A DNA stretch of 64,000 nt from Dehalococcoidia bacterium (GCA_965261835.1 OZ253478.1:1624832-1688831), one strand, 5' to 3'; shown: positions 33,383-43,333, counted from the first letter of the stretch. Numbers and translations are program-made. Notes: generated from the sequence alone by a model not told the origin.

Positions 33383-33443
33383 ATGACAAGTTGTGCCAGA
33401 ATAAAGTAGCGGCTAGAAGCGATCACGGACCGAGAGTCGTAGG

Positions 33444-34088
33444 ATGGCCATAGAAATCGATTTCACGAAGACGCCACTGATACCTGCCATAGCCCAGGAC
33501 GCCAGCAGCGGCCAGGTGCTGATGGTGGCGTACATGAACCGGGAGTCGCTCCAGCGCACTCTGGAAACCGGACAGGCCTGGTTCTGGAGCCGCTCTCGCA
33601 ACGAGCTGTGGCATAAGGGCGCTACTTCGGGCAACGTCCTCTCCGTCCGCTCGGTGGTGGCCGACTGCGACGCCGACACGCTGCTGCTGCTGGTAGATCC
33701 GGCCGGCCCAGCCTGCCATACCGGCGCGGTCTCGTGCTTCTACCACGCCGTCTCGCCAGAGGGGGGACAGCCGGTGCTGCGGGAGGCTCCGGAGGCCTCG
33801 GTGGCCGTCACCCGTCCCGTGGAGGAGCTTTTCGGCGTCATCGAGAGCCGCAAGGCGCAACAGCCGGAGGACAGCTACGTTGCCAAGCTCCTCTCCCAGG
33901 GTGTGAACCGCGTCGCTAAAAAGGTGACGGAGGAGGCCGGCGAGACGGTCATCGCCGCGGTGGGGGAGAGCGACCAGCGCCTCATCGAAGAGGTGGCCGA
34001 CCTCTGGTTCCACTCCCTCATCCTGCTCTCGGCCCGGGGCCTTACTCCGGCCGATATCTGGCGGGAACTGGAGTCTCGGCGGAAGTAA
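33444..34088 (+). CDS. hisI: bifunctional phosphoribosyl-AMP cyclohydrolase / phosphoribosyl-ATP pyrophosphatase HisIE
   Basis: N-terminal half [25 protein letters not shown]...CDADTLLL is HisI. C-terminal half ([11 protein letters not shown]...[13 protein letters not shown]) is HisE. Confidence 0.9.
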   Translation: MAIEIDFTKTPLIPAIAQDASSGQVLMVAYMNRESLQRTLETGQAWFWSRSRNELWHKGATSGNVLSVRSVVADCDADTLLLLVDPAGPACHTGAVSCFYHAVSPEGGQPVLREAPEASVAVTRPVEELFGVIESRKAQQPEDSYVAKLLSQGVNRVAKKVTEEAGETVIAAVGESDQRLIEEVADLWFHSLILLSARGLTPADIWRELESRRK

Positions 34089-34414
34089 CCGGCCCGCTAA
34101 CCAACGCCGCCTGAGCCCCGCCAGCCAGCGATGGCATGCGCATTCGCCAAGGCGCCCCTGAGCGGATCGGCGCTCCTATCACACCATCGACCTCTAGGGC
34201 AGCGGCGCTTTCGAGCAGTTCAACGGTTTCCTGAGTGCTCAGGCGCGCACTGTTCGGGCCGGCATGTTAGACCTCGCATCTGACTCAGGTCAGTTCGACT
34301 CAGTGCTTTGGGGGTCGCGGCTGCACCTTCGTGGCGTTTTGGCGCGGTGGAGGCAATACACGGCCATACATGTAGAGCTGTATGCAGGTATACATGTTCA
34401 GAGAGCTCTATTCA

Positions 34415-34491
34415 CACGCTCGGATACTACGGGCAACCACAAGGGATTGCCGCTACGGGGGGACCCGCTACTCCGCACGCTCGGATACTAC
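34415..34491. repeat. two 16-bp direct repeats (CACGCTCGGATACTAC) 61 bp apart in the hisC leader
   Basis: Exact copies at 34415-34430 and 34476-34491. Small palindromes TACATGTA and GTATAC lie just upstream. Confidence 0.7.
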
Positions 34492-34545
34492 CCCTTCCCT
34501 TGTGTTTCTAAGCCGCTCTGTTTAGGATAGTGCCATCATCTTCCC

Positions 34546-35646
34546 GTGGAGGCCTGTGTGGAGCTTGCTCACCTGGCGCCGGAGTGGATTCGCTCTTTGG
34601 TGCCCTATCAACCCGGTAAGCCCATCGAGGAGTTGGAGCGGGAATACGGCATTACCGACTCCATCAAGATCGCATCCAACGAGAACCCCTTAGGGCCATC
34701 GCCGAAAGCGCTGAAAGCCATTGAGGGCGCGCTCTCCGATCTCCACCGTTATCCCGACGGCGATTCCTTCTACCTCAAACAGGGGCTGGCCGAGCACTGG
34801 GGGATCAGCCGGGATAGGATCATCGTGGGCACCGGCTCCAACGAGATCATTGACCTCATCATCCGCACCTTCATGAAGCCGGGCGAAGAGGTGATTGTGG
34901 CCGAGCACGCCTTCGCCATCTACGCCATCACCACCCGGGCCGAGGGTGGCACGGCGGTACCGGTACCCCACAAGGGTTTCTTCTTCGATCTAGACGCCAT
35001 GGCCGCGGCGGTGACACCCAAGACCCGCATCATCTTCTTGGACAACCCCAACAACCCCACCGGCACGATCTTCTTCAAAGCGGACTTCGATCGGTTCCTT
35101 GCCATGGTGCCCGACGACGTCATCGTGGTGGTGGATGACGCCTATTTCGAGTTCGCCCGTGACCCGCAGTTTCCGGACTCGCTGCAGTACCAGCGCCCCG
35201 ACCGGCCGCTCATCACCCTGCGCACCTTCTCCAAGATCTACGGCCTCGCCGGTCTGCGGGTGGGCTACGGCATCGCCCCGGATTCCATCATCGACTCGCT
35301 GAACCGGGTGCGCCCGCCCTTCAACGTGAACGTCCTGGCCCAGGTCGGGGCGCTGGCCGCGCTGGGGGACGAGGAGCACCTGCAACGCACCCAAGAAGCG
35401 GTGTGGCAGGGTATGGACTACCTCACCGCTCAGTTCAACCGGCTGGGCGTGCAGTACGCGCCAAGTTGGGCCAACTTCGTCATGGCTGACCTGGGCGTAG
35501 GCACATTCCAGAAGCTGCTCTACGAAGGCGTCATTGTGCGGCCGATGGAAGGCTACGGCTATCCCGGCTACGCTCGGGTCACTGTGGGCGCCCAGGCCGA
35601 GAACGAGCGCTTCATCGCCGCATACGAGAAGGTGCGCCAGAGCTGA
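34546..35646 (+). CDS. hisC: histidinol-phosphate aminotransferase HisC
   Basis: Class-II aminotransferase pattern: NENPLGPSP, DxAY, and TFSKIYGLAGLRVGY (PLP lysine). Confidence 0.9.
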   Translation: MEACVELAHLAPEWIRSLVPYQPGKPIEELEREYGITDSIKIASNENPLGPSPKALKAIEGALSDLHRYPDGDSFYLKQGLAEHWGISRDRIIVGTGSNEIIDLIIRTFMKPGEEVIVAEHAFAIYAITTRAEGGTAVPVPHKGFFFDLDAMAAAVTPKTRIIFLDNPNNPTGTIFFKADFDRFLAMVPDDVIVVVDDAYFEFARDPQFPDSLQYQRPDRPLITLRTFSKIYGLAGLRVGYGIAPDSIIDSLNRVRPPFNVNVLAQVGALAALGDEEHLQRTQEAVWQGMDYLTAQFNRLGVQYAPSWANFVMADLGVGTFQKLLYEGVIVRPMEGYGYPGYARVTVGAQAENERFIAAYEKVRQS

Positions 35647-36899
35647 TGAACGCTCCTAGAACCCCCATGAGCACACCGCAACCTCCACTCACCGGCCTCA
35701 AAGTGCTGGAGTTCGCCAACTTCTTCGCCGGCCCCTTCGCCTGCATGGTGCTGGCCGACCTGGGAGCGGACGTTATCAAGATCGAGAACCCTCAGGGTGG
35801 CGACTTCAGCCGCGCGTCAGCGCCCTTCATCCAAGACGAGGGCGCCGGCTTCATGGCGGTGAACCGCAACAAGCGCAGTCTCAGCCTGGACCTCAAGCAC
35901 CCTATGGGCAGAGAGGCTGCGCTGGCCCTGGCGAAGTCGGCCGACGTAGTGGTGGAGAACTTCCGGCCGGGCACCATGCAGGACTTGGGCCTGGACTACG
36001 ATGCGTTGAAGGCAGTCAACCCCGGGATCATCTACTGCTCCACCTCGGCCTTCGGTCAGACGGGGCCTTACGGCCCGCGGGCCGGGCTGGATCTCATTGT
36101 GCAGGGCATGTCCGGACTAATGTCCATCACCGGCGAGCCCAACCGCCCGCCGGTCAAGTGCGGCGCGCCCATCTCCGATCTGACCGGCGGCCTCTACAGC
36201 GCGAACGCTATCCAGGCCGCGTACATCCATCGGCTGCGCACGGGCGAGGGCCAGTGCATTGACGTGAGCCTTTTTGAGTCGGCAGTCTCACTGCAAATTT
36301 GGGAGACCAGCCTCTACTACGCCACGGGTGAGGTGCCCGAGCCACTGGGGTCGGCTCACCGCGCCAGTGCGCCGTACCAGGCGCTGCGCACTGAAGACGG
36401 CTACGTGACGATGGGGGCTACCACGCCCCGCACCTGGACCGCACTCTGTGGTGTGTTGGGCGTCCAGGAGTTGGAAAACGATCCACGGTTCGCCGCCAAT
36501 GCGGGGCGCAAGGCTAGGGAACAAGAACTGGCCGGGCTACTGGAACAGGTGACGATGACCAAGACCTCCAACTACTGGTACCAGCAGTTGGAGGAGGTAG
36601 GGGTGCCCTGCGGCGTCATCAACACGCTCGACCAAGTGCTGAGCGACGCCCACTTGCGCGACCGGGGCTTTCTAGCGCAGCTTCCCCACACCAAGATCGG
36701 CCAAGTGGCGGTTACCGGATCGCCCATGCATCTATCGCAGACACCGGTGCGGCTGGACTGGGCTGGCCCGATGCTCGGCGAGCACAACCATCAGGTGCTC
36801 GGCGAGGCGGGCTACTCGGAGCAGGCCATTGCCGGGCTTGAACAACAGGGCGTAATCGGGCCGCAACCAAGTGTGCCCAACGCCATAAGGAGCGGATGA
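35646..36899 (+). CDS. CoA-transferase family III protein (CaiB/BaiF family)
   Basis: LKVLEFANFFAGPFACMVLADLGADVIKIE, the family-III N-terminal signature. ATG overlaps the hisC stop (TGATG). Confidence 0.85.
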   Translation: MNAPRTPMSTPQPPLTGLKVLEFANFFAGPFACMVLADLGADVIKIENPQGGDFSRASAPFIQDEGAGFMAVNRNKRSLSLDLKHPMGREAALALAKSADVVVENFRPGTMQDLGLDYDALKAVNPGIIYCSTSAFGQTGPYGPRAGLDLIVQGMSGLMSITGEPNRPPVKCGAPISDLTGGLYSANAIQAAYIHRLRTGEGQCIDVSLFESAVSLQIWETSLYYATGEVPEPLGSAHRASAPYQALRTEDGYVTMGATTPRTWTALCGVLGVQELENDPRFAANAGRKAREQELAGLLEQVTMTKTSNYWYQQLEEVGVPCGVINTLDQVLSDAHLRDRGFLAQLPHTKIGQVAVTGSPMHLSQTPVRLDWAGPMLGEHNHQVLGEAGYSEQAIAGLEQQGVIGPQPSVPNAIRSG

Positions 36900-36900
36900 T

Positions 36901-37719
36901 ATGACCTCGAGCAGCGCTACGGAACGGAAAACCATCGATCTCAGCACGGAGCACCTGATCTTCGAGATTGAGGGCCCCATTGCGTGGCTGACCTTCAACC
37001 GCGCCGAGGCCCGCAATGCCATGACCTGGGCCATGTACGACGGGCTGTTGGAGGCCAGCCACTGGGTGAACGACCACCCGGAGATCCGGGCCTTCATCCT
37101 CAAGGGCGCGGGCGACAAAGCCTTTGTGTCGGGCACCGACATCAACCAGTTCCGTTCCTTCAGCACGCCCGAGGACGCGCTGGGTTACGAAGCAAAGATG
37201 AACAACTACTTGGGTGCGCTGAGTGACGTAAAGTGCGCAACCATCGCCCTGATCCGCGGTTACGCGGTGGGTGGCGGCGCGTCCATCTCACTCACCTGCG
37301 ACCTGCGTATCTGGGCCACCGACGGCCAATTGGGCGTACCCATTGCCCGTACCCTGGGGAACTGTCTTAACATAACGAACTATGCGCGGTTGGTGGATCT
37401 GGCGGGACCGGCCCGAGCCAAGGAGATCATCTTCACCTCCCGCATGATCAGCGCGGAGGAGGCCAAGAGCATCGGCCTGGCAAATGAGGTGGTGGAACCG
37501 GATGAGCTCGAAGAGCGTGGCCGGGAGCTGGCGCTCACTATTGCCGAGCGAGCGCCGCTGACGCTCCAGGTCACCAAAGAGGCTATCCGCCGCATTCTGG
37601 CCAGCCGCCGGCCGGCGGAGGCAGACGACCTGGTCCTCACCTGCTACCTGAGCGAGGACTTCAAAGAGGGCATCAGCGCATTCTTTGAGAAGCGCAAGCC
37701 GGAGTGGAAGGGCCGGTAG
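36901..37719 (+). CDS. enoyl-CoA hydratase/isomerase (crotonase fold)
   Basis: AFVSGTDI oxyanion-hole region and GGGASISLTCDLRIWA. Starts 1 nt after the CoA-transferase stop. Confidence 0.85.
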   Translation: MTSSSATERKTIDLSTEHLIFEIEGPIAWLTFNRAEARNAMTWAMYDGLLEASHWVNDHPEIRAFILKGAGDKAFVSGTDINQFRSFSTPEDALGYEAKMNNYLGALSDVKCATIALIRGYAVGGGASISLTCDLRIWATDGQLGVPIARTLGNCLNITNYARLVDLAGPARAKEIIFTSRMISAEEAKSIGLANEVVEPDELEERGRELALTIAERAPLTLQVTKEAIRRILASRRPAEADDLVLTCYLSEDFKEGISAFFEKRKPEWKGR

Positions 37720-37863
37720 CCGCGGCTAAGACGTTACTAAATGCCACTAGCTGAGCCAGCGGTTGGCGCGCCCAGCAACATGGATACGTCAAACACACCC
37801 CACGTAGTCCCCCCGGACGCTTTCGTGTATCATTCCCGCAGCACTACTTAGATCGGTTACCAC

Positions 37864-38817
37864 TTGGCGATACTCGGCGCCCTTATCACTGTCCTGTCCG
37901 CCACTAGCTTCGGCATACACAACGCGAGCAACCGGCGCAGCATGCTGGGCACCGGCCCCACGCAAGCGCTGTACGTCACGGTTTGGCTGGGCGTGGTGCT
38001 GTTCGCGCTGGCGGCGTTGGCCAGTGGGCAGCTGTTCTCCGCGGGCGACATCTCCCTGAAGGGCCACTTACTGCTGGCCGCCGCGGGCATTGTGCACTTC
38101 GTACAGGGGCGCTATTGCAGCTATCGCGCCATCTCCATCCTTGGCACCAACCGAGCTACTCCCCTTATTGCCACCTCGCTCATCTACTCCGTGTCGATAG
38201 CCGTCTTCGTGTTGGGGGAGCACGTGACGCCGAGTATCATGGCCGGCATAGCGCTCATGGTTATCGGTCCGGCGCTAATCGTTGAACGCCCGCGACGGGC
38301 GACTATTGCGGCCGGAGCGGTCGCGGCGGCTAACGTCTCACCTAGCGAACCGTCCGGATCTCCCACCAAGCCGGCTCGCTCCCAGCTAGAGGGCTATGGC
38401 TTCGCTTTACTGGGGGCTATTGGCTATGGCTTGAGCCCCAACCTGGTGCGCGCGGGCCTGGAGGGCACCGGCCTGGGCGTCATGGGCGGCTTTACCTCCT
38501 ATATCGCAGCCGGCCTGCTACTGTTGTTGCTGCTGGCCCTGCCCGGCATGAAGGCGCCGCTGGCGGGCACCCGGCAGGCATCCGGCTGGTTCATCCTCTC
38601 GGCAGTCGCCATCTTCCTGGCCCAACTGTTGCGCTACGTTGCGCTGGGCCTGGCCCCAGTGACAATTGTGGCCGCGGTGGGACAGCTCTCGCCGATGTTC
38701 ACCCTACTGTTCAGCTTTATCATCAACCGCAACATCGAGAGCTTTGCGCCGCAGGTGTTGGCGGGCATTGTGTTCTCGGTAGTCGGATCGTTCATACTCG
38801 TACTGTCGGTCGCGTAG
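37864..38817 (+). CDS. DMT-superfamily (EamA-like) transporter
   Basis: Two EamA-like halves with about 10 TM helices. Alternative start codon. Confidence 0.7.
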   Translation: MAILGALITVLSATSFGIHNASNRRSMLGTGPTQALYVTVWLGVVLFALAALASGQLFSAGDISLKGHLLLAAAGIVHFVQGRYCSYRAISILGTNRATPLIATSLIYSVSIAVFVLGEHVTPSIMAGIALMVIGPALIVERPRRATIAAGAVAAANVSPSEPSGSPTKPARSQLEGYGFALLGAIGYGLSPNLVRAGLEGTGLGVMGGFTSYIAAGLLLLLLLALPGMKAPLAGTRQASGWFILSAVAIFLAQLLRYVALGLAPVTIVAAVGQLSPMFTLLFSFIINRNIESFAPQVLAGIVFSVVGSFILVLSVA

Positions 38818-38833
38818 CTACGAGGAGGAAGCC

Positions 38834-39556
38834 ATGCAAGGAAATGTCGTGGTCGTTACCGGAGGCGCTAAGGGCATTGGCCGTTATATTGCCCGGACCT
38901 TCGCCGAAGCTGGTGCGAAGCTGGCCCTGGCCGACATCGATACCGATCGCCTGGAGCAGACCAAAGGCGAGCTGCAGGAGCTCAGCGCCCCGGTTCTCAC
39001 CGTGCCCACCGACGTGCGTGAGGAGGCCCAGGTTCAGGCGCTCATGGAGCGGGTGCACGGCCACTACGGGCAGATCGACGTGATGGTCAACAACGCGGGC
39101 ATCGTGCCGCACTTCAGCTGGGGCAACCCCCGCTGGCCGCGAGTGCGGGACATGGAGCAGGGCTTCTGGGAGCGGGTGTTGAACACCAATCTGCTGGGCA
39201 CCTTCCTAGGTACCAAGCACGCAGTGAAGTACATGGAGCCGCGCCGCAGCGGCCACGTAATCAACCTCTACGGCGGCGGCGGCGGCCCCGGCGTTTCACC
39301 CTATGCGGTCTCCAAGGACGCCATCCGTTCATTTACTCAATACGTGGCGGAAGAAGAGCGGGAGTACAACGTATGTGTGGTGGTGTTGAGCCCGGGCGGG
39401 GCTATCGCCACCGAGGACGCTCCGGCCGAGGCACGCGCTCGTATGCCAGGGCCGGAGTTGGCAGAGAACCGCTTCGTGCTGGCCGCGCAGGTGGGGATGG
39501 ACTACGCCGGCAAACTGCTCACGCTGCAGGACGGCAAGCTGGTGGTGGAGGAGTAG
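38834..39556 (+). CDS. SDR-family oxidoreductase
   Basis: VVTGGAKGIG Rossmann motif, NNAG, and the catalytic YxxxK. Confidence 0.85.
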   Translation: MQGNVVVVTGGAKGIGRYIARTFAEAGAKLALADIDTDRLEQTKGELQELSAPVLTVPTDVREEAQVQALMERVHGHYGQIDVMVNNAGIVPHFSWGNPRWPRVRDMEQGFWERVLNTNLLGTFLGTKHAVKYMEPRRSGHVINLYGGGGGPGVSPYAVSKDAIRSFTQYVAEEEREYNVCVVVLSPGGAIATEDAPAEARARMPGPELAENRFVLAAQVGMDYAGKLLTLQDGKLVVEE

Positions 39557-39637
39557 GACTCCTCATTGCTGCTCCGAACTAAATGAGGGGTCGCTTACGG
39601 CATAGCGCTCTAGCGGCGCTCGAACCAGACCAGGGGC

Positions 39638-40417
39638 TTACACCAGCAGTGCCTGAAAGCGGTCCGGCAGCGCGATCTTCCCCGCCGCAATCTCCTCGAG
39701 GCGCGCCTCGGAGAGCGGGAAGTTGAACTGCTCGTTGCGCATGCGGACCCGCTGGCGCGAGATGGCCTCCACCATCTGCCAGGCCAAGGCCCAGTCCTCC
39801 TCGGTCGGCTCCAAGGCCACCATGTCCTCCACGCCGTGGTGGGCGTGCTCTATCTCATCCTCGTAGACGCTTCGGCACGCCGCGGCAATCATATCGTTCA
39901 CCGGCTCGCCGGAAACCTGCATCCCCTCGTAATACATTGATGCGCCACCGCCCTCGCAGAACGACGAGGCCGCACGTGCCAACGCGCCGTGCTGCTCGAT
40001 GTAGTTGCGACGCATCGCGGCCAAGTTGTGCTCCTCCGGCAGCTCGTAAGTGGCCAACTCCTCGGTGCTAAGGCGCGCTCCGGTGATGTAGTCGATAATG
40101 TCGGCGAACAGCACGTAATGGTGGAACTCTTCCATCAGAAACTGGATGGTGTTCAGATAGCCGGAGCGAGACGTCGGCGATTCCAGTGTGGAGAACTCGG
40201 CATCGAGCTGCTTTACCAGTCGCTCAATCAGGCCGTTGGGTTTGGGCTGGAGCTCCTTGAAGGCCTGGAGCCGCAGCCACCGTAGGTGATCTTCTTTGGC
40301 ATGAGGCTGGCTATAGTAGGTCTTGGTGACCTCCGCCTCGCCCGCCCACCAGCGGGAAGTATAGCGAAGGAGTTCATTACCGCGTTCCTGAGCGCTCCGT
40401 GTATCCCGCGTATTCAT
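39638..40417 (-). CDS. hypothetical protein with two E-x-x-H pairs (possible ferritin-like diiron fold)
   Basis: 259 aa. LMEEFHHY and YEDEIEHAHHG motifs are spaced as in diiron-carboxylate proteins. No confident family assignment. Confidence 0.45.
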   Translation of the reverse strand: MNTRDTRSAQERGNELLRYTSRWWAGEAEVTKTYYSQPHAKEDHLRWLRLQAFKELQPKPNGLIERLVKQLDAEFSTLESPTSRSGYLNTIQFLMEEFHHYVLFADIIDYITGARLSTEELATYELPEEHNLAAMRRNYIEQHGALARAASSFCEGGGASMYYEGMQVSGEPVNDMIAAACRSVYEDEIEHAHHGVEDMVALEPTEEDWALAWQMVEAISRQRVRMRNEQFNFPLSEARLEEIAAGKIALPDRFQALLV

Positions 40418-40740
40418 TGCTGCCTAGCCTCCTTGAATTAGCGACATTTAGTGGCGTTAATGGCCGTTATGGCCCGACATGTGTCTGTGGTACCTGGGGA
40501 CTATCGGCCCCCAAGATCTTCTCCCGCTTATCCTAGCGGCCGATGCGCCTAGGGGCAAGAACGTCATGCTTATGGTTCGGCAGGCTCGCCGTAGGTGTGA
40601 CGCTGCCGTAGGAGTGCAATGGGCCACTACGCAGTCTTGGTCACTTACCGGGTTTGTTGCGCAACACGGGAGTGTAGGGGATAATTAGACCGCTCTTATG
40701 GGTGCATTATGCCCCCAAGCTATCCTGATCTGGAGGAAAG

Positions 40741-42030
40741 ATGCTTTCTAAGGCAGAAAACGAACGATTGACGCAAGTCGGCCCGGGGACGCCCATGGGC
40801 AATCTGATGCGGATGTACTGGCAGCCCATTGCGGCAGCGTCACAACTGGACGAAAACCCCACTAAAGCGGTCCGCCTGCTGGGTGAAGACCTCACGCTGT
40901 ACAAAGACCGATCCGGCAACCTAGGCCTCATTGAGGACCGTTGCCCGCACCGCAAGGTCAACCTGCTGTACGGCATCCCTGAAGAGGAAGGCCTGCGCTG
41001 CCCCTACCACGGCTGGCTCTTTAACCACAACGGCCAATGTTTGGAGCAGCCCTACGAGCAGGCGGAGGACCCCAACAGCAACTTCAAAGAGAAGATCAAG
41101 ATCAAGTACTATCCGGTGCAGGAAGCGGGCGGGCTAGTCTTCGCGTACCTTGGCCCGCAGCCAGCGCCGTATCTGCCCATGTGGGACCTGCTAGCCTGGG
41201 ACAACGTGTACAAGGACATCGGCTTCGCGGTGCTGCCGTGTAACTATCTCCAGGCAATGGAGAACTCGGTGGACCCGGTGCACGCCGAGTGGCTCCACGG
41301 TGTGTTCGCCAACTATGTGTGGGAGCGCTTGGGGCAGCCGGAGCGCCAGAAGCCCATCCCGCCGCATCTGAAGATCGGCTTCGACGTCTTCGAGCACGGC
41401 ATCATCAAGCGCCGAGTGCTGGAAGGTGAGACCGAGGAGTCCGTGAACTGGACCCACGGTCATCCGCTGGTGTTCCCGCACCTGCTGAAGGTGGGCGGCT
41501 TCCAGTGGCGGGTACCCATCGACGACACCCGCACCCTGCACATCTGGTACTACACCTATGCGCCGGCGGAAGGGGCGACCGTGCCCAAGGGCGAGCCCAT
41601 CCCGGTGTACGACGTGCCAGTACCCGCTCCCGACGAGCGGGGCCTACCCCAGTGGGACCTGATGGACTTCGCGGGAGGCCAGGACATCGTGATGTGGTAC
41701 ACCCAGGGAGACATCGCCGACCGTTCCACCGAGAACCTGGGGCGCTCGGACAAGGGGATCATCCTGTACCGGCGGCTACTTAAGGAGAACTTGGAGAAGC
41801 TGGAGCGGGGCGAAGACCCCATGAACGTGTTCCGCGACCCGGAGGAGGCCAAGTACGTCAAGCTGGCCACCGAAGAGGCCGCAGGCACTCGACGCTTCGC
41901 GGGCCCGGGAGCAGTGAACGCCATGCGGCTTGCCTCCAGCGCCGGCCAAGGCGGCGGCGCCACGCGGTACAGCCCGGTGCTGGCAAACCGGGAGGGCGCC
42001 TCCACCATCACGGCGGAAGAGGTCAAGTAA
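40741..42030 (+). CDS. Rieske [2Fe-2S] non-heme iron aromatic-ring-hydroxylating oxygenase, alpha-type subunit
   Basis: Rieske CPHR...(17)...CPYHGW, and mononuclear iron site NSVDPVHAEWLHG. Confidence 0.85.
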   Translation: MLSKAENERLTQVGPGTPMGNLMRMYWQPIAAASQLDENPTKAVRLLGEDLTLYKDRSGNLGLIEDRCPHRKVNLLYGIPEEEGLRCPYHGWLFNHNGQCLEQPYEQAEDPNSNFKEKIKIKYYPVQEAGGLVFAYLGPQPAPYLPMWDLLAWDNVYKDIGFAVLPCNYLQAMENSVDPVHAEWLHGVFANYVWERLGQPERQKPIPPHLKIGFDVFEHGIIKRRVLEGETEESVNWTHGHPLVFPHLLKVGGFQWRVPIDDTRTLHIWYYTYAPAEGATVPKGEPIPVYDVPVPAPDERGLPQWDLMDFAGGQDIVMWYTQGDIADRSTENLGRSDKGIILYRRLLKENLEKLERGEDPMNVFRDPEEAKYVKLATEEAAGTRRFAGPGAVNAMRLASSAGQGGGATRYSPVLANREGASTITAEEVK

Positions 42031-42098
42031 GCGGAGCACACTTTTCGACAAGCTCAGAGTAGGCGCGATGAACGCCGCGTGACTCATAGCATTGCTTA

Positions 42099-42130
42099 CA
42101 GCGCCCCAATGTTTACGCATTGGGGCGCTG
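42099..42130. terminator. 13-bp perfect stem-loop downstream of the Rieske oxygenase gene
   Basis: CAGCGCCCCAATG-tttacg-CATTGGGGCGCTG. No U-tract follows. Confidence 0.45.
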
Positions 42131-42201
42131 CCATCACTATTCCACAACTATTGCAGTGCCATTGCGAGACGTAGTACTCGCTGATGGCACGGAGGACGCC
42201 C

Positions 42202-42828
42202 ATGGACTTTCCCATCATTCCCGCCAAGACCGGCCTCGTCTGCTTCGACACGCTCAACATCTACCTGCACCCGGACGATCCGGCGGCGCAGGCGGCGGTC
42301 AACCAGAGCGGTATCCTCGGGCGGCTGGAGCGGCTGGGCAACGCCTGCCGCGCCGCCGGCATCCCGCTCTTCTACCCGCAGGCGGACCATCGGCCCGACT
42401 TCAAGGACTTCGCGCCGCACATTGTGGACGCCTGGTGGGACGTGGAGAAAGGCCAGGGGCCAGTGAAGTCCACACCGCCTCCGGTGAAAGGCGGAACCCA
42501 CGGCGCCGAGGTGATCCCGGAACTAAACCCGCAGCCAACCGACTACTTCATCAAGAAGCACCGTTGGAGCGCGTTCTTCCAGACCCACCTGGAACTGAGC
42601 CTGCGCACCGCGGGTATCGACACCATCATCCTGTGCGGCGGCGCAGTGGAAGTAGGCGTGGGCAGCACCGCCTACGCCGCGCGGGACTGGGACCTCAACC
42701 AGATTATCGTGCGGGACGCATGCTCCGGCCGGAACCAGGCCGCGGCGGACATGTTTATGGACGAGGTGTTCCCGTACTTCGCCCGGGTGCTGACCGTGGA
42801 TGAGGTGATAGCGCAGATCCAGCAGTAG
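42202..42828 (+). CDS. isochorismatase-family cysteine hydrolase (alternative start at 42184)
   Basis: GLVCFDTLN...IDTIILCGGAVEVGVGSTA is the isochorismatase/YcaC-like catalytic Cys region. Confidence 0.75.
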   Translation: MDFPIIPAKTGLVCFDTLNIYLHPDDPAAQAAVNQSGILGRLERLGNACRAAGIPLFYPQADHRPDFKDFAPHIVDAWWDVEKGQGPVKSTPPPVKGGTHGAEVIPELNPQPTDYFIKKHRWSAFFQTHLELSLRTAGIDTIILCGGAVEVGVGSTAYAARDWDLNQIIVRDACSGRNQAAADMFMDEVFPYFARVLTVDEVIAQIQQ

Positions 42829-42937
42829 GCAGGGGCGCTTTCTACTTCGTGCTTGCACGCCTAGCGGGCGAAGCAAGCAGTTTCAATGGATATGCGGGAC
42901 ATGCGGGCACGTAGGCACGTATACATGTAGACAAGCG

Positions 42938-43333
42938 CTACGGCGAGAGCACCTTGTAGAAGACCCGTGACCAGTTGCTGATGTACGGCCCCCACTTTCC
43001 GTCCCAGGGCGTCTGTTTGAGGCGGGGGTTATCCCACGCTTCCAGGTTCTCCAACTCGTACACTGCAATATAGGTCTGGCCGGGGTCACCCAGAGCGCCG
43101 CGCTCCTCGGCAACCTGCAACCGCCAGCCCCGTAGAAAGCCGGGGAGTTGAAGCAGCTCCGGCAAGTGGATGTTGTTGTACCAGTCGTTGAAATCGGCTT
43201 CTCTGGCGAGATCGGTAAAGTCCACTTTTACCATGCACCAGTACGCGCCGTGCTCCCCAGCCATGTGAGACCTCGCTCTGTGGTTGGAATGAGTACACCC
43301 TAGCAGAAGCGGCTCCCGCACACAACATGACAT
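42938..43333 (-). CDS. small hypothetical protein (likely starts at the internal Met at 43264, giving 108 aa); possible alpha+beta barrel (Dabb/EthD-like)
   Basis: Good codon usage. YWCMVKVDF...FNDWYNNIHLPELL...TYIAVYELENLEAWD. Assignment is weak. Confidence 0.4.
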   Translation of the reverse strand: MSCCVREPLLLGCTHSNHRARSHMAGEHGAYWCMVKVDFTDLAREADFNDWYNNIHLPELLQLPGFLRGWRLQVAEERGALGDPGQTYIAVYELENLEAWDNPRLKQTPWDGKWGPYISNWSRVFYKVLSP

